64,000 bases of DNA from positions 992,001 to 1,056,000 of the forward strand of contig CAWGED010000019.1 in the NCBI GenBank assembly GCA_963821525.1, written 5' to 3'. Source of the stretch: an uncultured Gemmatimonadales bacterium. Lineage in GTDB: Bacteria > Gemmatimonadota > Gemmatimonadetes > Gemmatimonadales > GWC2-71-9. The stretch's first letter is position 1. Each line of letters starts with the position of its first letter. The notes under the pieces were generated by a model, which did no database searches, was not told the origin of the DNA, and saw nothing but the letters and a program-made list of their open reading frames with translations. Both the position numbers and the translations under genes were made by a program. Shown here one piece after another: positions 47,858 through 56,881 of this stretch.

Positions 47858-49255
47858 CTAGAACTGGAAGTAGAGGAACGGACTGGGCACCGCGAACTGG
47901 AGCAGGCAGATGGCGAGCAGGATCGCGAGCGCGAGCGCCGCGGGGCGGCTGCGCGGGAACCGGATCGCCCAGGTGTTGGGAGCGAACCAGACGACGGCGA
48001 GTGCGGCAGCCGTAAGAAGCAGAATCGGCGGCGTGACCAGATACTCGAACCCGCCGGGCCCGGGGCGAAGCCCGCTCATCGTGGCCAGCATGCTTCCCGC
48101 TTCTCCCAGTGTTCGCGACCGGAAGAAGACCCAGCCGATCATGACGGCGAGGAAAGTGGCGAGCCTCGCCAGTACCGGCGAGCGCGGCACGAATCCAAGG
48201 TGCCGCAGTCGCGCGTGAGCGGCGAGCAATCCACCGTGGAACAGACCCCAGACCACAAATGTCCAGGCGGCGCCGTGCCAGAGGCCGCCTAAAAACATCG
48301 TGACGACGAGATTGCGCGCCGTCCGCCAGCGGCCTCCGTGGGATCCTCCAAGCGGGATGTAGAGATAGTCCCGCAACCAGTAGGAGAGGGACATGTGCCA
48401 TCGGCGCCAGAATTCGGCCACGTTCCTCGACTGGTAAGGCGAATCGAAGTTCTGGGGGAACTTGAATCCCAGCAGGAATGCCAGCCCGACGGCCATGTCA
48501 CTGTAGCCGGAGAAATCGAAGTAGATCTGAAGCGTGTATCCCAGTGTCGCGAGCCACGCCTCGCCGGTGTCGAGGTGCATGGCCTGTTGCCAGAGCGGAT
48601 CGACCAGTCCACCCGCCAGCACGTCCGCCACCAGAACCTTTTTCGCCATGCCGATCACGAGAAGCCACAGTCCGGTTACCCATTCACCCGAATCAGGCCT
48701 GCGTTCGAGATTCTCGAACTGATGGCCCATGTCGGCGTAGCGCACGATCGGGCCGGCAACCAGATGGGGGAACATTGCAACGAAGGCGGAGAACTCGAGA
48801 AAACTTCTGGCTGGCCGCAGTCTCCCCCGGTAAACGTCGATGGTGTAGCTGATCGAGTTGAAGGTGTAGAAGGAGATGCCGACCGGCAGCACGAGATGCA
48901 TCAGCGGCAAGTCCACAGCGAAACCCAACGCCCGCCCGATTCCGTTCAGGGTGCCGGCGAAGAAATCGAAATACTTGAAGACGGCGAGGATGCCGAGGTT
49001 GAAGACGAGCAGAAGCACCAGCCAGACGGTTCGATGCCTGCGGTCGGTGCTTCGAGCGATAGCCGCCCCGGCCAGGAAATCGGCCGAGGTGGAGAGAATC
49101 ATCAGCGGGACGAAGCGATAGTCCCACCAGCCGTAGAAGACGTAGCTCGCGACGGTGAGGAACAGGAGCCGCGCTCGCCGTCCGGGCAGCAGCCACCAAC
49201 CCGCCAGGGTCAGCGGGAGGAAAACCAGGAGAAAGATGTAGCTATTGAACAGCAC
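47858..49255 (-). CDS. MBOAT family O-acyltransferase (AlgI/PatA/DltB-like)
   Basis: MLFNS, LPVGISFYTF, FPHLVAGPI, QIYFDFSGYSDMA, FWRRWHMSLS, GLWHGA. Confidence 0.93.
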   Translation of the reverse strand: MLFNSYIFLLVFLPLTLAGWWLLPGRRARLLFLTVASYVFYGWWDYRFVPLMILSTSADFLAGAAIARSTDRRHRTVWLVLLLVFNLGILAVFKYFDFFAGTLNGIGRALGFAVDLPLMHLVLPVGISFYTFNSISYTIDVYRGRLRPARSFLEFSAFVAMFPHLVAGPIVRYADMGHQFENLERRPDSGEWVTGLWLLVIGMAKKVLVADVLAGGLVDPLWQQAMHLDTGEAWLATLGYTLQIYFDFSGYSDMAVGLAFLLGFKFPQNFDSPYQSRNVAEFWRRWHMSLSYWLRDYLYIPLGGSHGGRWRTARNLVVTMFLGGLWHGAAWTFVVWGLFHGGLLAAHARLRHLGFVPRSPVLARLATFLAVMIGWVFFRSRTLGEAGSMLATMSGLRPGPGGFEYLVTPPILLLTAAALAVVWFAPNTWAIRFPRSRPAALALAILLAICLLQFAVPSPFLYFQF

Positions 49256-50342
49256 AGACGGTCTGTCGCCCTAGCAGAAGCGCGACGAGGCGGTCGGCAT
49301 TGGCTGGCATGAAGTGCAGCGCGTCGTAGTACCATGCCGGATTGCCGCCGAAGCTCGCCAGGTCACGGGCCTCGACGTAATGCAGGAGTCCGGCGCGGTC
49401 CAGACCGCGCAAAGTATCCGCGGTCTCGTTGCTTCGAATGGCGAGGTAGCCGCCTGATCCGGCGCGCTCGAGCTCAGGGTGAATCGGCGGGATGAACGCG
49501 ATTACCTGAATGCGGGCGTCTCGAGCCTCCTGCAGCATTGTCGCCAGCAGGCCTAGCCTTCGCGACGAAAGCCGGGCGAAGTCGCTGTACCGCGGCAGAA
49601 TACCGGGGATGGACCCCCGCACCTGTTCCTCTTGAGCGAAGGTCCCGGCGCGGACCTGGGCATCGAAGCGGGGGTACTCCTCAACGCCGTCGGCGGACAA
49701 TCGAGTAGAGGGAAGATCGGGTTGGCCCAGCACCGCATAGCGCAGCGAGCGAACCGACGCGACGATGGATTGCCGGCTCCAGAGATCCTCGGCCACGGCA
49801 TTCCAGCGATGCGGCTCGACCATCCCGGCCACCAGCCCCCGAAGCGCGCGAGAGTCGGCCAGCGGGCGATGGGGACCTTCGGTGTCCTGCAACGCCTCCG
49901 GGTCCACGCCCAGCAGAATCTCGTGGACTGCGGAATTGGGATCGCGATGGAGCCAGCGGAAGATGGCGAGATAGTCTTCGGCAGCCGCTCCGTTCACGCC
50001 GAAGTTGAAGGCGGGTTCTCCAGTGAGCTGGTTGATGCACGCGGGCCGGATGGTCTTGCTGCGGGACGATCCAATGATCACTATGCTCGGCGGCGTCGGC
50101 AATCTGTCATATAGGCCCGCTTTGTAGTCCCGGTCGGCGCTGATCGCCGGAGGCAGGAGACCCGTCCCGAAGGCGGCAAGAGGATCCACCAGCCACGACA
50201 GCGCCGCCATCCCCCCCACCAGACCAAAGAAGGTGAGAAGGAACACCGCGAGAAACGACGCGTCCCGGGGAGTGGACGGCGCGCCACGGTGACGATGCCG
50301 CGGATCCGGGGCGACGGCGCTATTCTCAAGTCCCATGACCAA
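49242..50342 (-). CDS. Membrane-anchored SGNH-like protein (putative acyl-relay partner of the MBOAT); start uncertain
   Basis: TM anchor then VDP, IIGSSR, FNFGVNG, YDALH (DxxH); overlaps the MBOAT start. Confidence 0.7.
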   Translation of the reverse strand: MVMGLENSAVAPDPRHRHRGAPSTPRDASFLAVFLLTFFGLVGGMAALSWLVDPLAAFGTGLLPPAISADRDYKAGLYDRLPTPPSIVIIGSSRSKTIRPACINQLTGEPAFNFGVNGAAAEDYLAIFRWLHRDPNSAVHEILLGVDPEALQDTEGPHRPLADSRALRGLVAGMVEPHRWNAVAEDLWSRQSIVASVRSLRYAVLGQPDLPSTRLSADGVEEYPRFDAQVRAGTFAQEEQVRGSIPGILPRYSDFARLSSRRLGLLATMLQEARDARIQVIAFIPPIHPELERAGSGGYLAIRSNETADTLRGLDRAGLLHYVEARDLASFGGNPAWYYDALHFMPANADRLVALLLGRQTVCAVQ

Positions 50343-52422
50343 CCGCCTTTCGGAGGCTACCTCCGCCTACCTGCGCTCAGCCGCCCACCAGCCGGTGCAT
50401 TGGCACCCGTGGGGTGCGGAAGCGTTTGCGGCAGCGCAGGCCGCCGATCGGCCGATCCTGCTGGATATCGGCGCGGTGTGGTGCCACTGGTGTCACGTCA
50501 TGGACGGCGAGTCTTACGAGGACCCCGCTCTGGGGGAGTTCCTCAACCAGAATTTCACGTGCGTCAAGGTGGATCGTGACGAACGTCCCGACGTTGATAC
50601 CCGTTACCAGCGCGCGGTTCAGGCCCTCTCCGGTCAGGGTGGCTGGCCGCTGACCGCTTTCCTGACCCCCACGGGCGAAGTCTTCTACGGCGGCACCTAC
50701 TTCCCACCCGATGGGAAATATGGCCGACCCGGCTTCCGCTCAGTTCTCGAACAGGTTTTGCTGGTCTATCGCAATCAGCGGGAGCAGGTCCTGCGCCAGG
50801 CGGACTCCATCAGGAGCGTCCTGGAACAGCACCTTGATGAATCAATGGCTGGCGAGCCGAGCGAGGCCCTGCTCTCCGAGGCCGCTCAGAGTATCGCTAG
50901 GGTGTTCGATGCGAGGAATGGGGGGTTCGGTACCCAACCCAAATTTCCCCACCCGTCGGCTCTCAGGTTTCTCTTGACGCGGTGGCACCGCACCGGAGAA
51001 GCGTGGGCCCGCGACATCGTGGAGGGGACCCTTCAAGGTATGGCTCGAGGCGGGATCCACGACCAGCTCGGCGGAGGATTCCACCGCTACAGTGTTGACG
51101 CGCAGTGGATTGTCCCCCACTTCGAGAAGATGAGTTACGACAATGCGGAACTGCTCCGAGCCTACCTCGATGCCCATACGGCGTTCAGTGCCGAGCAATA
51201 CGCGGAGGTTGCCCGCGGAATAGTACGCTGGATCCGCGAGGTGCTGGCGGATGCAGAAGGAGGATATGGAGCAAGCCAGGACGCAGATGTCGGTCTGGAT
51301 GACGATGGAGACTACTTCACCTGGACCTTCGAAGAAGCCGCCGCCGTCCTCACCGAGGAGGAACTTGCTGTCATCGCTCCGTACTACGACATCGGGACCG
51401 CGGGAGAAATGCACCACAATCCCGCCAGGAATGTTCTGTTCGTCGCAGAGCCGCTGGAAACGATCGCTCAGCGACTCGAACTAGACCTACCGATCGCCGA
51501 TGAGCGACTACGCCAGGCCCGCTCGAAGTTGTTAGCGGCGCGCGACGGTCGGCCTACACCATTCGTGGACCGCAGCCAATACAGCTCGTGGAACGCGATG
51601 CTGGCCGGAGCGCTTCTGCAGGCGTCGGCCGTCCTGGATGATCCCTGGGCTGGGGAGCACGCGCTTCGCACTCTGCGGCGTCTCCGGGCGGAGCAAACGG
51701 CGCCTGACGAGCTTGCCCACACTACGGGCGGCATTTCAGGCATGCTGGAAGATCAGGTCTTTACGGCGATGGCTGCGATTGATGCCTTCGAGTACAACGG
51801 TGATTTTGGCTGGCTCGAATGGGCCGGCGCCATCATGCACCGGGTCTGGAGCGATTACCTCGACACCGAGGGCGGTGGACTGTTCGACCTGGCCCGTAGT
51901 CGCGGCGGCGAAGGATTGTTGCCGGCCGCCGCCAAGCCGGTACAGGACGCACCGACACCCTCGGGCAACGGGATGGCCGGATTGGCTCTGGCCAGACTCG
52001 CGGAGCTTACGGGCGCTTCGGTCTGGCGGGAACGGAGAGATGCAGTGGTAAGCGCCAATGCCGGTCGGGCGGCCGAGCTTGGCTTGCACGGAGCCACGAT
52101 GTTGCTGGCTGTTGATTGGGTGGTCCAGCCGGCGACGCATCTGGTGATTATTGAAGACGGGGATGGCGCCGGCTCGAAGACTGCTGACGCCATGCACCAA
52201 ATCGCTCTCCGCAGCTTTTTCCCCAGACGGGTAGTTCATCGTGTGAAAGTCGCTGACGGAGACGGATCGCTGCCGCAGGCAGTTCGCGGCATGCTTGAAT
52301 CGGCGAGCGGCACTCGGGGCTTTATCTGTGTCGGCACTTCCTGCGAAACCCCGGCCACGACGGTCGAGGCCTGGCAAGACACCCTGGCCCGTCTTACGAC
52401 TGAGGGGAAGTCTGCCCAATGA
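50335..52422 (+). CDS. Thioredoxin-domain protein of the YyaL/SSP411 (DUF255) family
   Basis: NRL...YL...[44 protein letters not shown]. Confidence 0.92.
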   Translation: MTNRLSEATSAYLRSAAHQPVHWHPWGAEAFAAAQAADRPILLDIGAVWCHWCHVMDGESYEDPALGEFLNQNFTCVKVDRDERPDVDTRYQRAVQALSGQGGWPLTAFLTPTGEVFYGGTYFPPDGKYGRPGFRSVLEQVLLVYRNQREQVLRQADSIRSVLEQHLDESMAGEPSEALLSEAAQSIARVFDARNGGFGTQPKFPHPSALRFLLTRWHRTGEAWARDIVEGTLQGMARGGIHDQLGGGFHRYSVDAQWIVPHFEKMSYDNAELLRAYLDAHTAFSAEQYAEVARGIVRWIREVLADAEGGYGASQDADVGLDDDGDYFTWTFEEAAAVLTEEELAVIAPYYDIGTAGEMHHNPARNVLFVAEPLETIAQRLELDLPIADERLRQARSKLLAARDGRPTPFVDRSQYSSWNAMLAGALLQASAVLDDPWAGEHALRTLRRLRAEQTAPDELAHTTGGISGMLEDQVFTAMAAIDAFEYNGDFGWLEWAGAIMHRVWSDYLDTEGGGLFDLARSRGGEGLLPAAAKPVQDAPTPSGNGMAGLALARLAELTGASVWRERRDAVVSANAGRAAELGLHGATMLLAVDWVVQPATHLVIIEDGDGAGSKTADAMHQIALRSFFPRRVVHRVKVADGDGSLPQAVRGMLESASGTRGFICVGTSCETPATTVEAWQDTLARLTTEGKSAQ

Positions 52423-52473
52423 GCCCGATTGGGACAAACGCGTTAGGTTTGGGGCGAGGCGTCGTTTCAGATG

Positions 52474-52537
52474 TTCAATCGTCCATTTGAAATCATCAAT
52501 CTTCAATCCTTCAATCCCCAATCCTCAATCTTCAATC
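52474..52537 (+). repeat. Tandem heptamer repeats (consensus YTCAATC) abutting the cyclophilin start codon
   Basis: TGAAATC ATCAATC TTCAATC C TTCAATC CCCAATC CTCAATC TTCAATC ATG; same units as 2892-3000. Confidence 0.88.
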
Positions 52538-52984
52538 ATGAAGACCGCTACGTTCGAAACCAGCAAGGGCACCATCGTCGCGGAGCTGTTTCCCGAGGAG
52601 ACGCCCAAGACAGTTGAGAATTTCGAGAAACTGGCCAACGAGAAGTTTTATGACGGCACCCGCTTTCACCGGGTGATCTCGAATTTCATGATCCAGGGCG
52701 GCGATCCCTTGTCCAAAGATCCCAACAATCCCCGGGCGGGAACCGGGGGGCCGGGCTATACCATCAAGTGCGAGACCAACCGGAACACCCATAAGCATGT
52801 GGCCGGGACACTTTCCATGGCGCACGCGGGTAAGGACACGGGCGGGAGCCAGTTCTTCATCTGCCACTCACCCCAATCCCACCTTGATGGCAAGCACACG
52901 GTATTCGGGCAGGTCACGAAGGGGTTGGATGTAGTCAACCAGATTCGGCAGGGAGACGTAGTGACCTCGATCCGGGTTTCCTGA
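52538..52984 (+). CDS. Cyclophilin-type peptidyl-prolyl isomerase
   Basis: [55 protein letters not shown]. Confidence 0.95.
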   Translation: MKTATFETSKGTIVAELFPEETPKTVENFEKLANEKFYDGTRFHRVISNFMIQGGDPLSKDPNNPRAGTGGPGYTIKCETNRNTHKHVAGTLSMAHAGKDTGGSQFFICHSPQSHLDGKHTVFGQVTKGLDVVNQIRQGDVVTSIRVS

Positions 52985-52987
52985 CTC

Positions 52988-53392
52988 CTGCAGCTCGATT
53001 TCGCGGTACTCGCCGATTACGCCCTGATCGACCAGCAGGGGAAACTCTCCGTGCTCGGTCTGTTTCAGCATGTGTGGGTGCCGCAGTTTCCTGCCGTCCA
53101 CCCTCGTACTCACCTGGTGCTCCGGGTTCACGGCAGGAGGACGGAGATTGGCCAACACTCGCTGCGGATCCGGTTCGTGGATGACGCGGGGACCGAACTC
53201 CTCGATGGCCAGGGAACTGTGCAGTTCGGTGAACCACCCGCGGGGGTGACGGATGTTGAGGCTGGCGCCGTGCTGGTCTTCGATATTCCGCTGCCTCACC
53301 CTGGGGGATACGCCTTCGAGATCAGCATGGATGCGGGCGAGGCCTACCGCGTCCCGCTGACCGTGTCTCAATTGCAGACGGGAGGTTCATGA
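52988..53392 (+). CDS. Conserved hypothetical protein (DUF6941-like); probable CTG start
   Basis: Frame is open upstream of GTG 53051 as (L)QLDFAVLADYALIDQQGKLSVLGLF. Confidence 0.68.
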   Translation: MQLDFAVLADYALIDQQGKLSVLGLFQHVWVPQFPAVHPRTHLVLRVHGRRTEIGQHSLRIRFVDDAGTELLDGQGTVQFGEPPAGVTDVEAGAVLVFDIPLPHPGGYAFEISMDAGEAYRVPLTVSQLQTGGS

Positions 53393-53423
53393 AGATTCAC
53401 CGATAGTCTCCTCGGATTTCGCT

Positions 53424-53452
53424 TTGACAAGCCTTTCGTCATTCTGTAGACT
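53424..53452 (+). promoter_or_regulatory. Sigma70-type promoter for the fadL-SGNH pair
   Basis: TTGACA-17 nt-TAGACT. Confidence 0.75.
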
Positions 53453-53513
53453 CACCTCGACATCGCTCGATTCCCTCGGCACCAGAGTCCCGTCCCCTCT
53501 TCGAGGTATCTCT

Positions 53514-54899
53514 ATGCGACGGTCGCACGTTTGGCTCGCTGCCGGAGGTCTGGCCGCTGCGCTTGCCGCGCCACGTCCGCTGCTGGCTCAAGGGTTCAGC
53601 GTGAACGAACATTCGACCTGCGCGATGGGTCGCGCGGGCACCGGGGCCGCCATGCCCTGCCCGGACGGCTCCGCCATGGCGTTCAACCCCGCGGGTCTCG
53701 CGAGTCTCAAAAAGGGCGACGGGGTGGTGACAGCCAATGCGACGCTGATCTCGGCGCGCGGCAGCTTCACCAATGCGGCCACCGGATTCAAGGATGATCT
53801 TAAAGACAACAACTACCTGGTTCCCGCGGCGTACGTCGGCTATGGCATCACGGATAACATCGCAGCAGGAGTAGGACTCTTCGCGCCATACGGCCTGACC
53901 ACCGAGTGGGACCCCACGTCCCAGGCACGGTTTCTAGGCTACAAGAGCCACATCGCCGCGATCTACGTCCAGCCCACTTTGGCCGCCAAGCTCGGCGAGT
54001 ATGTGAAGGTCGGGTTCGGCTTCGATATCAACTTCTTCTCGGTCGAGCTCCGCCAGCACGTCGACCTTGCCGAAGTCGGCTTGCCCGCGAGTGCGGGCGC
54101 TCCTCCTGGCACGACCTTCGGTAACATCGGCTTTCTTTCCGGAACGGACGTCGCGAACACCAAGCTCGACGGAAACGCAACGGGAGTCGGGTACCATGCC
54201 GGTGTGATTCTTCAGGCCACCGACAAGCTGTCGTTCGGGGTCCGGTATTTGTCCCGGCAGAAGGTTGAGATCGATGCCGGGAACGCGGAGTTCAGCCAGA
54301 TCAATACCGGTATCCTGCTGCCCAACGCCAACCCACTGGGTCTGCCCGCAGGCACCCCGCTGGATGCGGTCCTGGCCCCGCAGTTCCAGCCGGGCGGCGC
54401 TCTGGTGAACCAGGGTGTAAGTACGGCGGTACGTCTCCCGGAGCAGTGGTCGGTTGGCCTGGCCTACCAGGCGACACCTACGCTCGTTCTGCTCTTCGAT
54501 TACAACCGGCAGAACTGGGAGGTGTTCCAGTCGCTGCCGTTCGACTTCGAGATCGCGCCCGACCAGTCCCTGCCGCAGAATTTCCAATCGACCGACACCT
54601 TCCGGTTCGGTGCCGACTATCGGCTCGGGACTTCCTCGAACATCCGGATCGGCTATCTCAGTCACAATGCGGCCGCACCGGACCAGACCGTGACACCGAA
54701 CCTTCCTGAAGCCTCACGTTCGGAATTTACCGCCGGGTTCGGGACCGCGTTCGCCAAGAATTTCCATCTCGACCTGGCTTACCAGTACATCGATCAGGCC
54801 GACCGCGCAGGCCGCAGCACGCCGGCCGGCACACCGAACAACGGGCTCTATGAGTTCTACGCCCATCTGTTCGGGGCGTCCCTTTCCTACGCCTTCTAA
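53514..54899 (+). CDS. OmpP1/FadL family outer-membrane transporter
   Basis: Signal peptide; mature GFSVNEHS..AMGRAG, FNPAGL, APYGLTTEW; terminal YAF. Confidence 0.9.
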   Translation: MRRSHVWLAAGGLAAALAAPRPLLAQGFSVNEHSTCAMGRAGTGAAMPCPDGSAMAFNPAGLASLKKGDGVVTANATLISARGSFTNAATGFKDDLKDNNYLVPAAYVGYGITDNIAAGVGLFAPYGLTTEWDPTSQARFLGYKSHIAAIYVQPTLAAKLGEYVKVGFGFDINFFSVELRQHVDLAEVGLPASAGAPPGTTFGNIGFLSGTDVANTKLDGNATGVGYHAGVILQATDKLSFGVRYLSRQKVEIDAGNAEFSQINTGILLPNANPLGLPAGTPLDAVLAPQFQPGGALVNQGVSTAVRLPEQWSVGLAYQATPTLVLLFDYNRQNWEVFQSLPFDFEIAPDQSLPQNFQSTDTFRFGADYRLGTSSNIRIGYLSHNAAAPDQTVTPNLPEASRSEFTAGFGTAFAKNFHLDLAYQYIDQADRAGRSTPAGTPNNGLYEFYAHLFGASLSYAF

Positions 54900-54914
54900 C
54901 CCGGGAGCCGAGCC

Positions 54915-56165
54915 ATGAGACTGCATCACGTAGCCGCCTCGCTGCTCCTGGCCCTGCCGATAGCGGCGGGGTGCAAGAGCGACGACACCCTGAACTCGCC
55001 GAACGTGATCGACCCGATGTTTCGCCGGTATGCAGCGCTCGGCAACAGCATCACCGCCGGGTTCCAGTCCGCCGGCATCAATGACAGCACCCAGAGGCGG
55101 GCCTACCCCGCCCTGCTCGCTGCGGCGATGGGCACCAGCTACACATATCCCTCGCTCAACATGCCGGGGTGCCCGCCACCGCTCACCAACAACGTCATCC
55201 TGACCCGAGTCGGAGGCGGCACGCCGAGTACCTGCGCTCTCAAGCCGATCAAGTTCGAGCTGCTGAACAACCTGGCGGTACCAGGCAACCAGGTGATCAC
55301 GCTGTTGAACAATTTCAGCGGCTCACCCTCGCAGTTCGACCCACTCAAGACCATCATGCTGGGCGGAAGGACCGAGGTGGAGTTGATGATGCAGCTGCAG
55401 CCCACCTTCGTGACGGTATGGGCAGGCTCCAACGACGTGCTTGGAGCCCTGATCGATGCGACCAACCCCGGCGACCCGGCACAGGTGACGCCGGCGGCGC
55501 TTTTCGTCGCTCAATACGACTCGCTGGTTGACTCGCTCCGCGCCACGGGGGCTAACGTGGTCCTCATAGGAGTTCCCGACGTCACCGCCATCCCGTTCGC
55601 CTCACTCGGCGCGATCTGGTACTGTCTCAAGAATGGCGGGTGCTCAGCACCTCTCCCACCGCAGGATCCGACGTTGGCACAGATCCCGACATTTTCGGTG
55701 GCCGCAACCTGTGCACCACCTGGAGGCGTGCAAACCCTCGTCCCGTGGACCAAGTCAGTGCCCAAGCTGGGCGCGGCCCTCCAAGGGGTTCCCTCGACCA
55801 TCGACTGCTCGGTGGACAACGAGACGATTCTTCCTGCCGAATTGCAAGGAATGGTGCAGGCCGTCGCCGGATATAACCAGCACATTCAGCAGGTGGCGCA
55901 GACCGAGGGCTGGGGGTTCTTCGACATCGATACCGCGCTCAAGAACCTCGTTGGCACGGCGGTTCCCCAGTTTCCCGACCTGACCCAGGTGCCGACTGGT
56001 GGCTCGGTGGGGTTTGGGCCGCTGTTCTCCCTCGACGGCGTTCACCCGAGCTCGGTAGCTCAGCGCGTCTTCGCCGACTCGATCGCGGAGATTACCAACC
56101 GGACCTACGGCACCACCCTCCCGGTGCCGGTGTGTAGTGCTACGGTCGCCTGCCCGGCTCCCTGA
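54915..56165 (+). CDS. SGNH/GDSL hydrolase lipoprotein
   Basis: Lipobox AAGC; ALGNSITAG, NLAVPG, WAGSNDVL, SLDGVHPS. Confidence 0.85.
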   Translation: MRLHHVAASLLLALPIAAGCKSDDTLNSPNVIDPMFRRYAALGNSITAGFQSAGINDSTQRRAYPALLAAAMGTSYTYPSLNMPGCPPPLTNNVILTRVGGGTPSTCALKPIKFELLNNLAVPGNQVITLLNNFSGSPSQFDPLKTIMLGGRTEVELMMQLQPTFVTVWAGSNDVLGALIDATNPGDPAQVTPAALFVAQYDSLVDSLRATGANVVLIGVPDVTAIPFASLGAIWYCLKNGGCSAPLPPQDPTLAQIPTFSVAATCAPPGGVQTLVPWTKSVPKLGAALQGVPSTIDCSVDNETILPAELQGMVQAVAGYNQHIQQVAQTEGWGFFDIDTALKNLVGTAVPQFPDLTQVPTGGSVGFGPLFSLDGVHPSSVAQRVFADSIAEITNRTYGTTLPVPVCSATVACPAP

Positions 56166-56206
56166 TCGCAGGTCGAGGCCGATAGCGTCCCCGTCGCAAG
56201 TAACAC

Positions 56207-56247
56207 CGACCCTCTGGCGGACTCCGCCGGAGGGTCGTTCGTTATTG
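56207..56247 (+). terminator. Intrinsic terminator-like hairpin
   Basis: CGACCCTCTGGCGG-ACT-CCGCCGGAGGGTCG followed by TTCGTTATT. Confidence 0.75.
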
Positions 56248-56302
56248 GGGACCCGATGGCCGGGCCAGACTACTTTTCGATTCCTTTAACCCTCACCGGA
56301 AC

Positions 56303-56881
56303 ATGAACTGGACCCGGGATCGAGCCCTCGCGTTGATGCAGGAGTACACGGCCTCCGAACCGCTCCGCAAACACATGTATGCGGTCGAAGCGGCGATGCG
56401 GGCCATGGCCGTCAAGTACGGAGGGGACCCGGACGAGTGGGGACTGGTGGGGTTGCTGCACGACTTCGACTACGAGCGATTCCCCAATGCTGCTCACTCG
56501 GCGAGCGAGGAGCATCCCAGCGAAGGAGTGCGGATTCTGGCGGCCCAGGGATTCCCCGAAGACCTGCAGCGGGCCATTCTCTCCCACGCCAACTACACCG
56601 GGGTCCCGCGTGATACACCGATTGCGCGGGGCCTGTTCGCCGTGGACGAACTCTGCGGATTCCTGGTGGCTTGCGCGCTGGTTCGCCCATCGAAGAGCCT
56701 CGCGGACCTGGAGGTCTCGAGCGTGAAGAAGAAGCTCAAGGACAAGGCCTTCGCCCGGGGAGTGAACCGGGATGATGTGACTCAGGGAGCAGCCGAACTC
56801 GGCGTGCCGCTGGACGAGCACATTCAGTTCGTGCTGGAGGCGCTGCGGCCGGTGGATGGTTCACTGGGACTCAAAGGGTGA
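56303..56881 (+). CDS. HD/HDIG domain metal-dependent phosphohydrolase
   Basis: RKHMYAVE, GLLHDFDYE, EEHP, ILSHA, AVDELCG. Confidence 0.88.
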   Translation: MNWTRDRALALMQEYTASEPLRKHMYAVEAAMRAMAVKYGGDPDEWGLVGLLHDFDYERFPNAAHSASEEHPSEGVRILAAQGFPEDLQRAILSHANYTGVPRDTPIARGLFAVDELCGFLVACALVRPSKSLADLEVSSVKKKLKDKAFARGVNRDDVTQGAAELGVPLDEHIQFVLEALRPVDGSLGLKG

